A stretch of 32,000 nucleotides of DNA, taken from NCBI GenBank assembly GCA_030614005.1, contig JAUWKS010000033.1, forward strand, positions 2,840 to 34,839. The letters run 5' to 3'. Positions 1-8,957 of this stretch are shown one piece after another; within the stretch, counting starts at the first letter, position 1; each line of letters begins with the position of its first letter. The notes below the pieces were generated by a model. The model was not told the origin of the DNA and made no database searches. It saw nothing but the letters and a program-made list of their open reading frames with translations. This DNA is from Candidatus Heimdallarchaeota archaeon. GTDB taxonomy: Archaea > Asgardarchaeota > Heimdallarchaeia > JABLTI01. Position numbers and translations under genes: made by a program.

Positions 1-1
1 T

Positions 2-343
2 GTCATCCCTCCAGATTTGCTTGGAAGTAAAGATTACAAAACATTGGTTATTGGGTGGGGCTCAACTTATACAGCGATAAAGGAAGCAATAGAAACCATC
101 GGTAGAGATGACATTGGTTTTCTCTATTTCAAACAAGTATATCCTCTTCATCCGGATACAAGAAAATGGCTCAAAAAAGCTGAAAAACTAATCATTGTTG
201 AAAATAATGTTACAAGTCAATTTGGTAAATTGATCCATCTTTTCGCTGATATTAAAATCAAAAATAAAATATTGAAATTCAATGGAATGCCTTTCTCTGT
301 TGAAGAATTAATAGAGAAAATAAAGAAAATTGTGGAGGCCTAA
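2..343 (+). CDS. 2-oxoacid:ferredoxin oxidoreductase alpha subunit, C-terminal part (5'-partial)
   Basis: Frame is open from the window edge (VIPPDLLGSK...). Motifs IGWGSTY, IIVENNVTSQFGKLI and KFNGMPF are typical of the OFOR alpha C-terminal domain. The beta subunit starts 3 nt downstream. Confidence 0.9.
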   Translation, partial: VIPPDLLGSKDYKTLVIGWGSTYTAIKEAIETIGRDDIGFLYFKQVYPLHPDTRKWLKKAEKLIIVENNVTSQFGKLIHLFADIKIKNKILKFNGMPFSVEELIEKIKKIVEA

Positions 344-346
344 AAA

Positions 347-1195
347 ATGTCTGATAATATTTTCGATTTAGGTGAAATAGATATCTCATGGTGTCCAGGA
401 TGCGGGGATTATGCCATCCTACGAACATTAAAAGAAGCACTTGTGGAATTGAACATCAAACCAAAAGATCTTGTTATGGTTTCAGGTATTGGTCAAGCAG
501 CAAAATTACCTCAATATTTGAAATGTAATTATTTCAATGGTCTTCATGGAAGATCTCTACCTCCAGCTTGGTCAATTAAAGTAACAAACCCTGAACTAAC
601 GGTTATAACTGAAAGCGGGGATGGTTGCTCATATGGTGAAGGCGGGAACCACTTAATTCATACGATAAGAAGAAATCCCAATATTACTAACATCGTTCAT
701 AACAATATGATCTATGGGTTAACAAAAGGACAAGCATCTCCAACATCACAATTTGGTTTGAAAACTGGTGTGCAAGTCGATGGAGTCATTCTTACTCCTT
801 TTAATCCATTATCTTTTGCAATAGGACTTGAAGCATCATTTGTTGCAAGAACTTATGCTGGAGATCAAAAGCATATGAAAGAAATGATGATAAAAGCAAT
901 CGAACATGAAGGGTATGCTTTGCTAGATATCCTCCAACCATGTGTTTCATTCAATAAAGTAAATACATACAAATGGTTCAAGGAACGCATCTACTATCTC
1001 GAAGAGTCTCATAATCCGAAAGATAAACTTGAAGCAGTAAAAAGAGCTTCAGAAACAGATAGATTTCCATTGGGAGTATTCTATATTAAAGATAAACCAA
1101 CCTTTGAACAAAATCATGATTTGTATCAAAAATCTGATGAAGCACTCTATAAAAGAAAACGAGATCTCAAGAAATTCGCAAAGAAGTTCTTCTAG
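347..1195 (+). CDS. 2-oxoacid:ferredoxin oxidoreductase beta subunit (TPP-binding, KorB/PorB family)
   Basis: [25 protein letters not shown]...[23 protein letters not shown]. Substrate specificity cannot be determined from the sequence. Confidence 0.95.
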   Translation: MSDNIFDLGEIDISWCPGCGDYAILRTLKEALVELNIKPKDLVMVSGIGQAAKLPQYLKCNYFNGLHGRSLPPAWSIKVTNPELTVITESGDGCSYGEGGNHLIHTIRRNPNITNIVHNNMIYGLTKGQASPTSQFGLKTGVQVDGVILTPFNPLSFAIGLEASFVARTYAGDQKHMKEMMIKAIEHEGYALLDILQPCVSFNKVNTYKWFKERIYYLEESHNPKDKLEAVKRASETDRFPLGVFYIKDKPTFEQNHDLYQKSDEALYKRKRDLKKFAKKFF

Positions 1196-1227
1196 ATCTC
1201 CAAAACCTTCTTTTTTTTATTAGAAAA

Positions 1228-1704
1228 TTATCCACCTGGACTACCGTGGAATGGAGCATATTTGTACATCCAATCTTCCAACATATCTTCTGTGAGAGTT
1301 TCCTTTTCAATCAGTGCTTTTAGCAATGTTTTGAGGAAAGTATGATGTCGAACTTCATCTTTGTGAATTTCACTGATGACAGTTTTCACTGAATCTGAAG
1401 GAGGATCTTTCAATATTTCTTGATAGGTTTCAATGGCTTTTGCTTCCAATTCAATATGTTTCTCAATGGTTGCTTTTATCTCATCAAAACTCTCTTCTTC
1501 GATCAATGGAGTTGGACCTATGAGCATACCTTTCAATGCACCTAAAAGTAAAGCATGTTTCTTAGAGTCCATCGTAATACCTCTAATCAACTCCCTAACA
1601 AGGATATTCTTAATGTTATCAACACTGGCATTGGAAATTTCGATAATCTCTTTTTCCAAAGCTATTTGTTCATCAAGAAACTCAATTAATTTTTCTTCAT
1701 CCAT
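1228..1704 (-). CDS. Ferritin-like/rubrerythrin-type di-iron four-helix-bundle protein
   Basis: Two repeated carboxylate/His modules: E..LE...DSKKH and H..LE...DEVRHH. All-helical and acidic. Confidence 0.75.
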   Translation of the reverse strand: MDEEKLIEFLDEQIALEKEIIEISNASVDNIKNILVRELIRGITMDSKKHALLLGALKGMLIGPTPLIEEESFDEIKATIEKHIELEAKAIETYQEILKDPPSDSVKTVISEIHKDEVRHHTFLKTLLKALIEKETLTEDMLEDWMYKYAPFHGSPGG

Positions 1705-1918
1705 AATGTAACACCTTTTAGCTATTAATTAGTAACAATAACAAACATTCCATTTAAAACCTATTCCTAAATAATCTGAGATAAAAGAGTTTATTTTTTC
1801 TTAGTAAAATAAAATAAATAAACAAATAAATAAATAGTTAACAAAAATCAAGCTGCTGCGATGGATTAAAAAACAGTAAGGGTATAACAAAGATAAGTAA
1901 TAATTCGAGTGTTTGATT

Positions 1919-2077
1919 ATGGTAATAACACCTGATGGTCCTTGGTTTTATCTAATTATCTACGGTAGTTTTATGGTTTTTATTTTTATTGTTGGAATGA
2001 TACTTTCTCTCACTCAAAAGAATAAGGGAAAGGGTAAAGAACAAAAAACAGAAGACGATAACCAGACACCAATTTGA
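1919..2077 (+). CDS. Small single-pass membrane protein (52 aa), below the ORF-track cutoff
   Basis: Manual translation MVITPDGPWFYLIIYGSFMVFIFIVGMILSLTQKNKGKGKEQKTEDDNQTPI: one TM helix followed by a Lys-rich tail. It fills an otherwise empty gap. Confidence 0.55.
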   Translation: MVITPDGPWFYLIIYGSFMVFIFIVGMILSLTQKNKGKGKEQKTEDDNQTPI

Positions 2078-2187
2078 AATCTGATTAATAATCTATTGTA
2101 GAGAAATCCTTTAACTTTAATTTCTTTCACAGAAGCTTTTATTATAGTAAGAGAATTAGTTCCATAGACTAAACTGAGGTTTAAAAA

Positions 2188-2490
2188 ATGCATGAAGATT
2201 TAGACTTTGTAATTGAATCAGGAACTAAAAAACCAGCAGACATAACAATTTACGCATTATCCACTTGCGGTTTTTGTAAAAGTGCTTTGAACTTTCTTCG
2301 CGAGAATGATATTGCTTTCAAATATATCTATGTAGATAAACAATCATCTCAAGTTAAAGTTCAGATTAAGAAAGATTTACGAGATAATTATGAAGAGAGA
2401 TTGGGCTTCCCCTACTGTGTTGTCAATGGTGGAGAAAAAGTTATGGTAGGATTCAAAACAGAAAAATGGGAAAAAGCCTTTCTAGTGTAA
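2188..2490 (+). CDS. Glutaredoxin/NrdH-like thiol-disulfide oxidoreductase
   Basis: YALSTCGFC (CxxC), cis-Pro motif GFP and VGF. Adjacent to the FTR catalytic subunit. Confidence 0.9.
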   Translation: MHEDLDFVIESGTKKPADITIYALSTCGFCKSALNFLRENDIAFKYIYVDKQSSQVKVQIKKDLRDNYEERLGFPYCVVNGGEKVMVGFKTEKWEKAFLV

Positions 2491-2511
2491 TATAATAAAT
2501 CGTACAATAGT

Positions 2512-2871
2512 GTGATGAAGATGCCCGTGCCTAAAAAACTGAAGACCAAAGAAGAAGTCCGAAAATTTGTTGAAATGGTTGCAAATAAACAAGGTTGGTA
2601 TTTGCACCCCGATGAGAAATTTTTAGTTATGTTAATTGAAGGCTTACAAAGTAATTACAATGAACATGGCTATTTTGGTTGTCCTTGTAGGTTATTAGAA
2701 GGTGACAGAGAACACGATAAAGACCTTCTTTGCCCTTGTGACTATTGCAATCCTGATCAATTAGAATATGGTCATTGCTATTGTGGACTCTATTGTACTC
2801 ACGAATTCCATGCTTCTGGTAAGACACCAGACGGAATACCAGAAAGACGACCAGAAGAGAAATGGTTCTGA
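2512..2871 (+). CDS. Ferredoxin-thioredoxin reductase catalytic subunit (FtrC/FDR-like)
   Basis: CPCR-x13-CPC-x12-CYCGLY cysteine pattern of the [4Fe-4S] plus disulfide site. The start may be ATG 2515 or 2521. Confidence 0.93.
   Translation: MMKMPVPKKLKTKEEVRKFVEMVANKQGWYLHPDEKFLVMLIEGLQSNYNEHGYFGCPCRLLEGDREHDKDLLCPCDYCNPDQLEYGHCYCGLYCTHEFHASGKTPDGIPERRPEEKWF
2779..2800 (+). repeat. 22-bp direct repeat, copy 1 (inside the FTR gene, CYCGLYC codons)
   Basis: TATTGTGGACTCTATTGTACTC is identical to 3620-3641. Confidence 0.9.
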
Positions 2872-2898
2872 TAGTCTTTCTAATTTTGATAAAGTGTA

Positions 2899-3546
2899 CT
2901 ATTTTTTCCTTTTAAAATGGATAACTAACATAATCAAAGCTGAAATTATTAATCCAAAGATAACCTTGCTTGTAATAGAAATATTGATTGTTGATACGTA
3001 GGAGAAATCAAAAGATGGTACACCATTTCGTATCCTCATCAATGCTCTTGTTGAATTTAGCATCGTTTCACCATAGCCATAGAGGTATAACCAAAGAATA
3101 TACGTCCCATCTGGGATTATTTCAATTCCCCCTTCATCAAGAAACAAATAACTTACAGATGTTATCTTTCTTTCTCCTGCTGGAATTGTTTCATTCATTT
3201 CTGCCGGGAATATACTACTACAATAGCATTTAAAACGAAAGGTTAGTTTTTCATTCTTTAGATTTATCGAGGCATTCGTTCCAAACATTTGTTCAGGATA
3301 TGTTGGAAATACTAGCTCAATAGGACCATTTGGATTGTTCACCGTTGCATTGGTTGTTATCTCAATAGCTGATTTATTCTCATCACTATAGTCCTCTATC
3401 CATTTCCATTTTATATCAGTAATATCTGTTTTGATATTTTGAAATTCACCACTAGTTTCTAGGATCGGATTAACAATACTATTAAAACAACATACTATAC
3501 CTACAATTACTAGCGATAAAACACTCTTCCTTATCATTCTCCTCAT
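2899..3546 (-). CDS. Hypothetical surface protein (N-terminal signal/TM, beta-rich body, C-terminal TM + KRKK)
   Basis: Hydrophobic N-terminus after basic residues; C-terminus VIFGLIISALIMLVIHFKRKK. Confidence 0.75.
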   Translation of the reverse strand: MRRMIRKSVLSLVIVGIVCCFNSIVNPILETSGEFQNIKTDITDIKWKWIEDYSDENKSAIEITTNATVNNPNGPIELVFPTYPEQMFGTNASINLKNEKLTFRFKCYCSSIFPAEMNETIPAGERKITSVSYLFLDEGGIEIIPDGTYILWLYLYGYGETMLNSTRALMRIRNGVPSFDFSYVSTINISITSKVIFGLIISALIMLVIHFKRKK

Positions 3547-3619
3547 TTAATAATAACTCAAACAGCTTTAATTAGTTTTCTTCTTTTCGAATTACTACTA
3601 ATCCTTCAGGGTCAATTGA

Positions 3620-3641
3620 TATTGTGGACTCTATTGTACTC
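3620..3641 (+). repeat. 22-bp direct repeat, copy 2 (intergenic relic of the FTR 3' region)
   Basis: Identical to 2779-2800, with similar flanks (GGTCA.TTG upstream, GAATTCCA downstream). Confidence 0.9.
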
Positions 3642-3742
3642 TAGAATTCCAAGATCATTGGTATCAATACTATCAACCAAAAACAAGATAATTAATGATG
3701 AATGATATAATGTATGTATTTATGAAGTGTTGAGGGTTTTAA

Positions 3743-4303
3743 ATGAAAAGAAAAATGGATTTACTGAAAACGATAATGCTACTGTCATTATTCTTTCTTT
3801 CTTTCTCCTTTTTTGTACAAGAGATAAAAGCAAAAGAATTTGATAATTGTCAGCTTTATAGAATCAATCAATATATCGAAGAAGAATTATCTATTGATTG
3901 GGATTGTTCTCGATCACTGGCAACACCTTATGTATACGCCAGTGGAATAGTTTTTGTGAATATGACACTTCTACCTACTTCTAATTCAAATGTTTCACTT
4001 ATATTTGTAGATGATGAGAGAGTTACCTGGTCACCGATACCATTGGATAACTTTACTCTAAATCAAGGTGAAAGTTATTCACAAACCTTTGCCTTGGTAA
4101 GCAGTGGAGTAGGTTATTCAGGTAGCATCCATTTTTCCTGTGCGGTGTTACAAGAAAATGCTACTGCAACCATACTCTGGGGTTACAATGTTCTGATTAA
4201 AGGCACTTCTCCGGTTTCTTTGGGTTTCATACCTGTTTTAATTGGATTAATACTTCTATCTTCGAGTTTCTATTTACTAAAACGAAAATCTAAGAAGAAT
4301 TAA
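3743..4303 (+). CDS. Hypothetical surface protein (signal peptide, beta-sandwich-like body, C-terminal TM + basic tail)
   Basis: MKRK + hydrophobic leader ending IKA; C-terminus SPVSLGFIPVLIGLILLSSSFYLLKRKSKKN; GAGG SD-like sequence upstream. Confidence 0.75.
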   Translation: MKRKMDLLKTIMLLSLFFLSFSFFVQEIKAKEFDNCQLYRINQYIEEELSIDWDCSRSLATPYVYASGIVFVNMTLLPTSNSNVSLIFVDDERVTWSPIPLDNFTLNQGESYSQTFALVSSGVGYSGSIHFSCAVLQENATATILWGYNVLIKGTSPVSLGFIPVLIGLILLSSSFYLLKRKSKKN

Positions 4304-4556
4304 TCCCTTTATTTTTTTTAAAATCTTTAAACTTCATTCCTTTTCCTCATAAAATCTCTATAAGTTACTTATTTCTCAGTGTATTTCTTTTCCGCTGATT
4401 TGCCCTTTTATATTCCTCATCTGCACTTTTTAGTAATTATTGACTTACTAAACCAAAACTTAAGGAGGTCTATCCGATAACTCCAAAAAAAGATTGGAAG
4501 CAAAAACAAATTTAGTCATTTATAAAGAATAGTTAAGAACAAGGACCTATATTTCC

Positions 4557-5498
4557 TTATTCTTGATTTACAATTAATCCTTTGGAGTCAATGGTAATTG
4601 TTGATAATGCTTTTCCCTTCGTTTGATTTAGTGCTGTTGTTATTTTATCTCGAGTATCTTCTGTAACCAATGCAAGCATATTATCACCTACCCCTGCTCC
4701 TGAGAGTTTAGCACCAAGTGCATCATTATCAATTGCAGCCGAAATCAATTCTTCAAGTATAGATGAACTAACATTTAACGCTCTTAGCAAATCTTGATTT
4801 TCGTTCATCAAATTACCCAAAGTTCTTTGATCATTCTCTAATATTGCTTCTTCTGCATTAATTACAATTTCCCTTATTCTATCGAATATTTTCTTGGCTT
4901 CAATAGGATCTTTGTATTCATAATCACGAACTTGCTGAACAATAGGTCCACTTGGAGCTTTAAACCCAGTATTGCCCACAACAAATTTTACATTCTCATA
5001 AGGCAATGACTTCGGCTTCCTGCCCATTTGAAATTTTATAATACCGCCATAAAGTGAGGTAGCAATATCTAAACCACTACCGTACCCTTTGAAATCTTGG
5101 TTGAAATCAATGCAAATCTTCAGGAATTCAAGTCTGGATGGCATGATATCGAAGTAGGTAAAAAGTGCTCCATATAGTGCAACAATAAGCGCTGCCGAGC
5201 TTCCGAAACCAGATTGAATATCAGACTCAATAACGATATCAAGTGGTTTTTCTGAAAGACTGTATTTTCTAAAAAAAGTAGCAATAAGACTTGAAACCAT
5301 ATCCAATTTCATCGTTGGATATTCTTCTTGATAAACATTGAACTCTTTACTAGTGAGTAAAATTTTATGCACTTTGCATTTTGAGAGAGTAACTGTTAAA
5401 CGCTTGTTTACAGCAAATACAATTGCCGGTTTTCCTCGGCTACTAGCATGTTCTCCAAAAAGAATTAATTTTCCTGGTGCTGAGCTAATTATTTTCAT
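4557..5498 (-). CDS. GHMP kinase of the mevalonate pathway (mevalonate kinase or phosphomevalonate kinase)
   Basis: SAPGKLILFGEHA, SGFGSSAA (GHMP ATP loop), GSGLDIA...YGG, GAKLSGAG. Co-oriented with an MVD-family gene. Confidence 0.85.
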   Translation of the reverse strand: MKIISSAPGKLILFGEHASSRGKPAIVFAVNKRLTVTLSKCKVHKILLTSKEFNVYQEEYPTMKLDMVSSLIATFFRKYSLSEKPLDIVIESDIQSGFGSSAALIVALYGALFTYFDIMPSRLEFLKICIDFNQDFKGYGSGLDIATSLYGGIIKFQMGRKPKSLPYENVKFVVGNTGFKAPSGPIVQQVRDYEYKDPIEAKKIFDRIREIVINAEEAILENDQRTLGNLMNENQDLLRALNVSSSILEELISAAIDNDALGAKLSGAGVGDNMLALVTEDTRDKITTALNQTKGKALSTITIDSKGLIVNQE

Positions 5499-5528
5499 CT
5501 AATCATCCTTCGTTTGTTCGAGTATTAT

Positions 5529-6539
5529 TTAAAATAAATGTTCATTTACAACTTTAACCCCTGGTCCTGGTTTACTCGAGATTATTTTCTCTGGGAGAAT
5601 TTTTTCCTCAAGCTGTTTTACTATTTCATGCTCAAATTTTGGTATTGTTAAAATGTGTAAATTTGCTCCAGTATCTATTGTATAGTAAGCATCTATTTTT
5701 TCTTCGCGAAGATTTTCAACGAAATGCATCACTTTTACAGTGTCAGGTGTCCAGAAAATTTGCGGAGGATTTGAAGTGATTGCTACAGAATGCATTGAAA
5801 GGCAATCCATTTCAGCAACTGACCCTAATGAATTGAAATCTCTCTCTTTTATAGCCAATCTGATTTTAGCAAGATTTGTATCCAAAGTATCTAAACGAGA
5901 TTTAAAGAAAGGACTTGTCTTTATTGATAATTTCATAGCATCTCGAGTGCTCATTTTTCTTTCAGGTGTTTTCAATACAACAACGATATCTCGTATATCA
6001 AACCAATTTTCATCTGCTAATTGGATAGCGTAGGATTCATTTTGTTCGTTATTGGCAATCCATTCAACATAACCACCATAAAAGGATCTACAAGAGGACC
6101 CCGAACCTCTTCTAGAAATCATTGATAATTCTTTTTTGTCTAGCTTCAAACCAGCTGCATTTGTTGCAGCGGATGTTAGTGCTGCAAAACCAGAAGCAGA
6201 AGAAGCCAATCCGGCAGCAGTTGGAAAATTGTTTTCAGAATAAACCTTGGCTTTAACATTTGTTTGAGAGATTTCACGTATAATTGCAAGATGGTCTACA
6301 ACTCTCTTCAAAGGTTTACCAGTTTGTTCAGTGCCATTCAAAATGAAATTATCTTTAGTTAATTCTTCTGAAAATTCAACTGTTGTAGTAGTTGTAAGTG
6401 CTTCTGTTGTGAATGAAATACTGTTGTTCATTGGTATAATCAGTTCTTCATCTCGTTTTCCCCAGTATTTGATTAGTGCAGTATTGGAATGGGCTATGGC
6501 TGTGGTTTTCGTTGTGATCACGCTCTTTAGTATAATCAA
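5529..6539 (-). CDS. mvaD: Diphosphomevalonate decarboxylase family protein
   Basis: AHSNTALIKYWGK, NNSIS, NNFPTAAGLASSASGFAAL, RRGSGSSCRS, TIDTGANLH. Confidence 0.9.
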   Translation of the reverse strand: MIILKSVITTKTTAIAHSNTALIKYWGKRDEELIIPMNNSISFTTEALTTTTTVEFSEELTKDNFILNGTEQTGKPLKRVVDHLAIIREISQTNVKAKVYSENNFPTAAGLASSASGFAALTSAATNAAGLKLDKKELSMISRRGSGSSCRSFYGGYVEWIANNEQNESYAIQLADENWFDIRDIVVVLKTPERKMSTRDAMKLSIKTSPFFKSRLDTLDTNLAKIRLAIKERDFNSLGSVAEMDCLSMHSVAITSNPPQIFWTPDTVKVMHFVENLREEKIDAYYTIDTGANLHILTIPKFEHEIVKQLEEKILPEKIISSKPGPGVKVVNEHLF

Positions 6540-6664
6540 TACGAATTACTAGTAAATAAAGTCTATTCAATTACTTTCTATTTTACCTATTTCTTATGTA
6601 AACACTTAATTAATCTATCAAACCACAATACTTCTTAGTTATTGTAAAAAATGGGGGATTTCAA

Positions 6665-7948
6665 TTGGAAGAAAAAATTAGCTCAGATTATGTACCACAT
6701 AATATCAAAAAAGATTTAAATTTTTTTAAATTAAGCATAGTTATTGGAATAATTGTCTTAAGCATTTATACAATACGTAAATTCATAAATATCCTATCGA
6801 TATTTATAATAGAAGGATATAGAATTTTACCTAGTTTTATTTTTTACTTTATACAATCTGCTATAATAATAACAATGATTCTTATTACTTTAAGCAGTCG
6901 AAAAGTTGCGAATATTATACCTGAAAGATCACAAGAAAAAATGAAAAATTTCAGCTTTATTTATTTCTGTATGGTAATTTTACAACTGTTATATTTAATC
7001 TTTGAAATCTTATCGTTATCTCAACTTCTACTTGGTGTTATTGTGTTCTTCATATTCTTGATATTTGACATTCTCTTTCTAATAGGCTATGGTGCTTCAC
7101 TCTACATTTTAGGACAGATGTTTGAGTTAGAAAAGGAATTTTTCGAGAATAAAACGAGAAAGCTATACTCATTTTATGGTATAATTGCTGTTTATGGAAT
7201 AATTATGATATTAATTGTTTTTAAATTAATCTTACCATCATATAGTATTAACTTAAGAGACTTCATCATAGGTGTAATGGGCATTATTATGTTTGGAGAG
7301 ATTTATACAATCATAAATAAAATTACATCAGAAATGTTTGATTCAAATAGAGTTGCAAAATTTAATGCTGAAAATTTGGTGCAAAATGAACAAATTTCGA
7401 AATCTGATACCAGCCATCCTAATGATAAATTATCAAATAAAGATAAGAAAATTACCACCTTACTTTGTTTGTTTTTTGGAGAATTAGGGGTGCATAGATT
7501 CTATGTTGAAAAACCCCTCTCAGGATTATTATATCTCTGCACAGGAGGAGTTTTTTATTTTGGTAAAGTATATGATTTCATAAGGATCCTTACAGGAAAA
7601 TTCACTGATGGTGATGGTAAGTTAATAACAGACAGCTCAACAACAGCACAAGTTACTCAGCAACCTTCTATACAACATCAATTAGCTACCTCTGAACCAA
7701 ATATTCAAAATATAAAGCAAGAAATGGATACAGAAATAGAAGCTGTAATAGAAGCTAAACTAGAGGATAAAATTAACCTTATGACTTCAGGTGAAGTAAT
7801 TGATCTAAATGATATTGCTAAACAATATAGTTGTAGTACAGAACAAGTGAAGTCAATTTTAAGGAAACTTCTCTCCAAAAGAAGAATTTGTGGTTCCTTA
7901 AACCTCGTCAAAGATATTTTTACAACAAAAGAAATTCAAATAAAATGA
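6665..7948 (+). CDS. Multi-pass membrane protein with a TM2 domain and a C-terminal PCI-like winged helix
   Basis: About 6 N-terminal TM helices. TM2 signature LCLFFGELGVHRFY...GLLYLCTGG..FGKVYDFIRIL.GKFTDGDG. C-terminal IDLNDIAKQYSCSTEQVKSILRKLLSKRRICGSLN. TTG start. Confidence 0.75.
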   Translation: MEEKISSDYVPHNIKKDLNFFKLSIVIGIIVLSIYTIRKFINILSIFIIEGYRILPSFIFYFIQSAIIITMILITLSSRKVANIIPERSQEKMKNFSFIYFCMVILQLLYLIFEILSLSQLLLGVIVFFIFLIFDILFLIGYGASLYILGQMFELEKEFFENKTRKLYSFYGIIAVYGIIMILIVFKLILPSYSINLRDFIIGVMGIIMFGEIYTIINKITSEMFDSNRVAKFNAENLVQNEQISKSDTSHPNDKLSNKDKKITTLLCLFFGELGVHRFYVEKPLSGLLYLCTGGVFYFGKVYDFIRILTGKFTDGDGKLITDSSTTAQVTQQPSIQHQLATSEPNIQNIKQEMDTEIEAVIEAKLEDKINLMTSGEVIDLNDIAKQYSCSTEQVKSILRKLLSKRRICGSLNLVKDIFTTKEIQIK

Positions 7949-8093
7949 AAGTAGAGATGATTAAATCTCCTATTCTTTCTTTTTTCTCTTTATTAAAACC
8001 GATTTGCTCTATATCTTTCAATTTAACTGACAAATTTTTATTTAAATAAAGTACATCACACTGCTTCCTTGTTAAGCACAAATTACAAAAATA

Positions 8094-8834
8094 ATGAAGA
8101 GCTACTCTTTTATTATGTCTGAAAAGAATTTTGTAAAATTATGTGGAGTAAGCTCTATTATCAGTGCATTTGCATATATTGGCACGGTTATTTTTTCTAG
8201 TGTAGCAGGAGTAGTAAATCCTGAAAACCTCACAGGAATGGCTGCTTTTTTGCAAAACTGGTATGATGCAAGAGTGCTGATGTCCGCTTATGGATGGTTC
8301 GGTATTTTAGGGTCACTCTTTACTTTACCTCTCATAGTAGGAATGTATCAAGTACTAAGAAAACAAGCACCTTGGCAATGGGCACCTATTGCAATTATCT
8401 TTCATGGGGTACTATTGCTAACTATTGCATATACTATACCTCTAGTGATTTCCTTTAATTTAGCTCCAAGATTTGTTACTGAAACTCAACCAGAACTATT
8501 ATCTTCAATAATGGTTACAACAGAAGTATTACGAACTATAGAAGATGTTTGTGTAAAAGTTGGAACAATTTTAACCCTACTAACAGGAATAAGCATTATG
8601 GCAATCATCGATTGGAAAGAATCGAGATTCCCAAGAGGAATAAATATTCTAGCAATTGTAACTGGTATAATCAGTTTATCTTTCCTTGGAACTTTTACCA
8701 CAACTGGAATAGTTTACACTATCTTCAATATAACGTCCATTGTTAGTTTAGGATTGATGCTATTGTGGATGATAGCAATAGGAATAGTAATGATTTTACC
8801 AATGAAAGCTGTTGAAAGTGAAGAAGAGAAGTGA
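8094..8834 (+). CDS. DUF4386-like multi-pass membrane protein (paralog 1)
   Basis: About 6 TM segments. Aligns by eye with 10672-11430 (NLAPRFV vs ELAPSFV; AIVTGI vs AISSGI). Confidence 0.6.
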   Translation: MKSYSFIMSEKNFVKLCGVSSIISAFAYIGTVIFSSVAGVVNPENLTGMAAFLQNWYDARVLMSAYGWFGILGSLFTLPLIVGMYQVLRKQAPWQWAPIAIIFHGVLLLTIAYTIPLVISFNLAPRFVTETQPELLSSIMVTTEVLRTIEDVCVKVGTILTLLTGISIMAIIDWKESRFPRGINILAIVTGIISLSFLGTFTTTGIVYTIFNITSIVSLGLMLLWMIAIGIVMILPMKAVESEEEK

Positions 8835-8957
8835 TTCTCTCTTTCATTTCTACTTTTTTTCAAGAATTTTGAATGAAAAATTGTTTCTTCAAACTAATCA
8901 ATAAAAAACGAATTTCTATCCAAATAAATAAGTAAACAAAATAGAAAAAAGAAAATT

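Noticed and set aside
1433-1711. Track ORF antisense to the ferritin-like gene (likewise 2627-2827, 2768-3001, 2988-3233, 5740-6033, 6331-6552, 7705-7911, 8486-8701, 8549-8746, 14553-14744, 19787-20005, 21504-21707, 25458-25667, 26538-26837)
   Set aside because: Shadow frames overlapping well-supported genes, with no motifs or RBS.
1801-1840. AAAT-type micro-repeats and the many oligo-T/A tracts after stop codons
   Set aside because: Expected low-complexity and oligo-T terminator-like sequence in an AT-rich archaeal genome.
4304-4556. Possible decayed minus-strand ORF downstream of the GHMP kinase (MTKFVFASNL... with stops and shifts)
   Set aside because: It needs several frame repairs and matches nothing recognisable.
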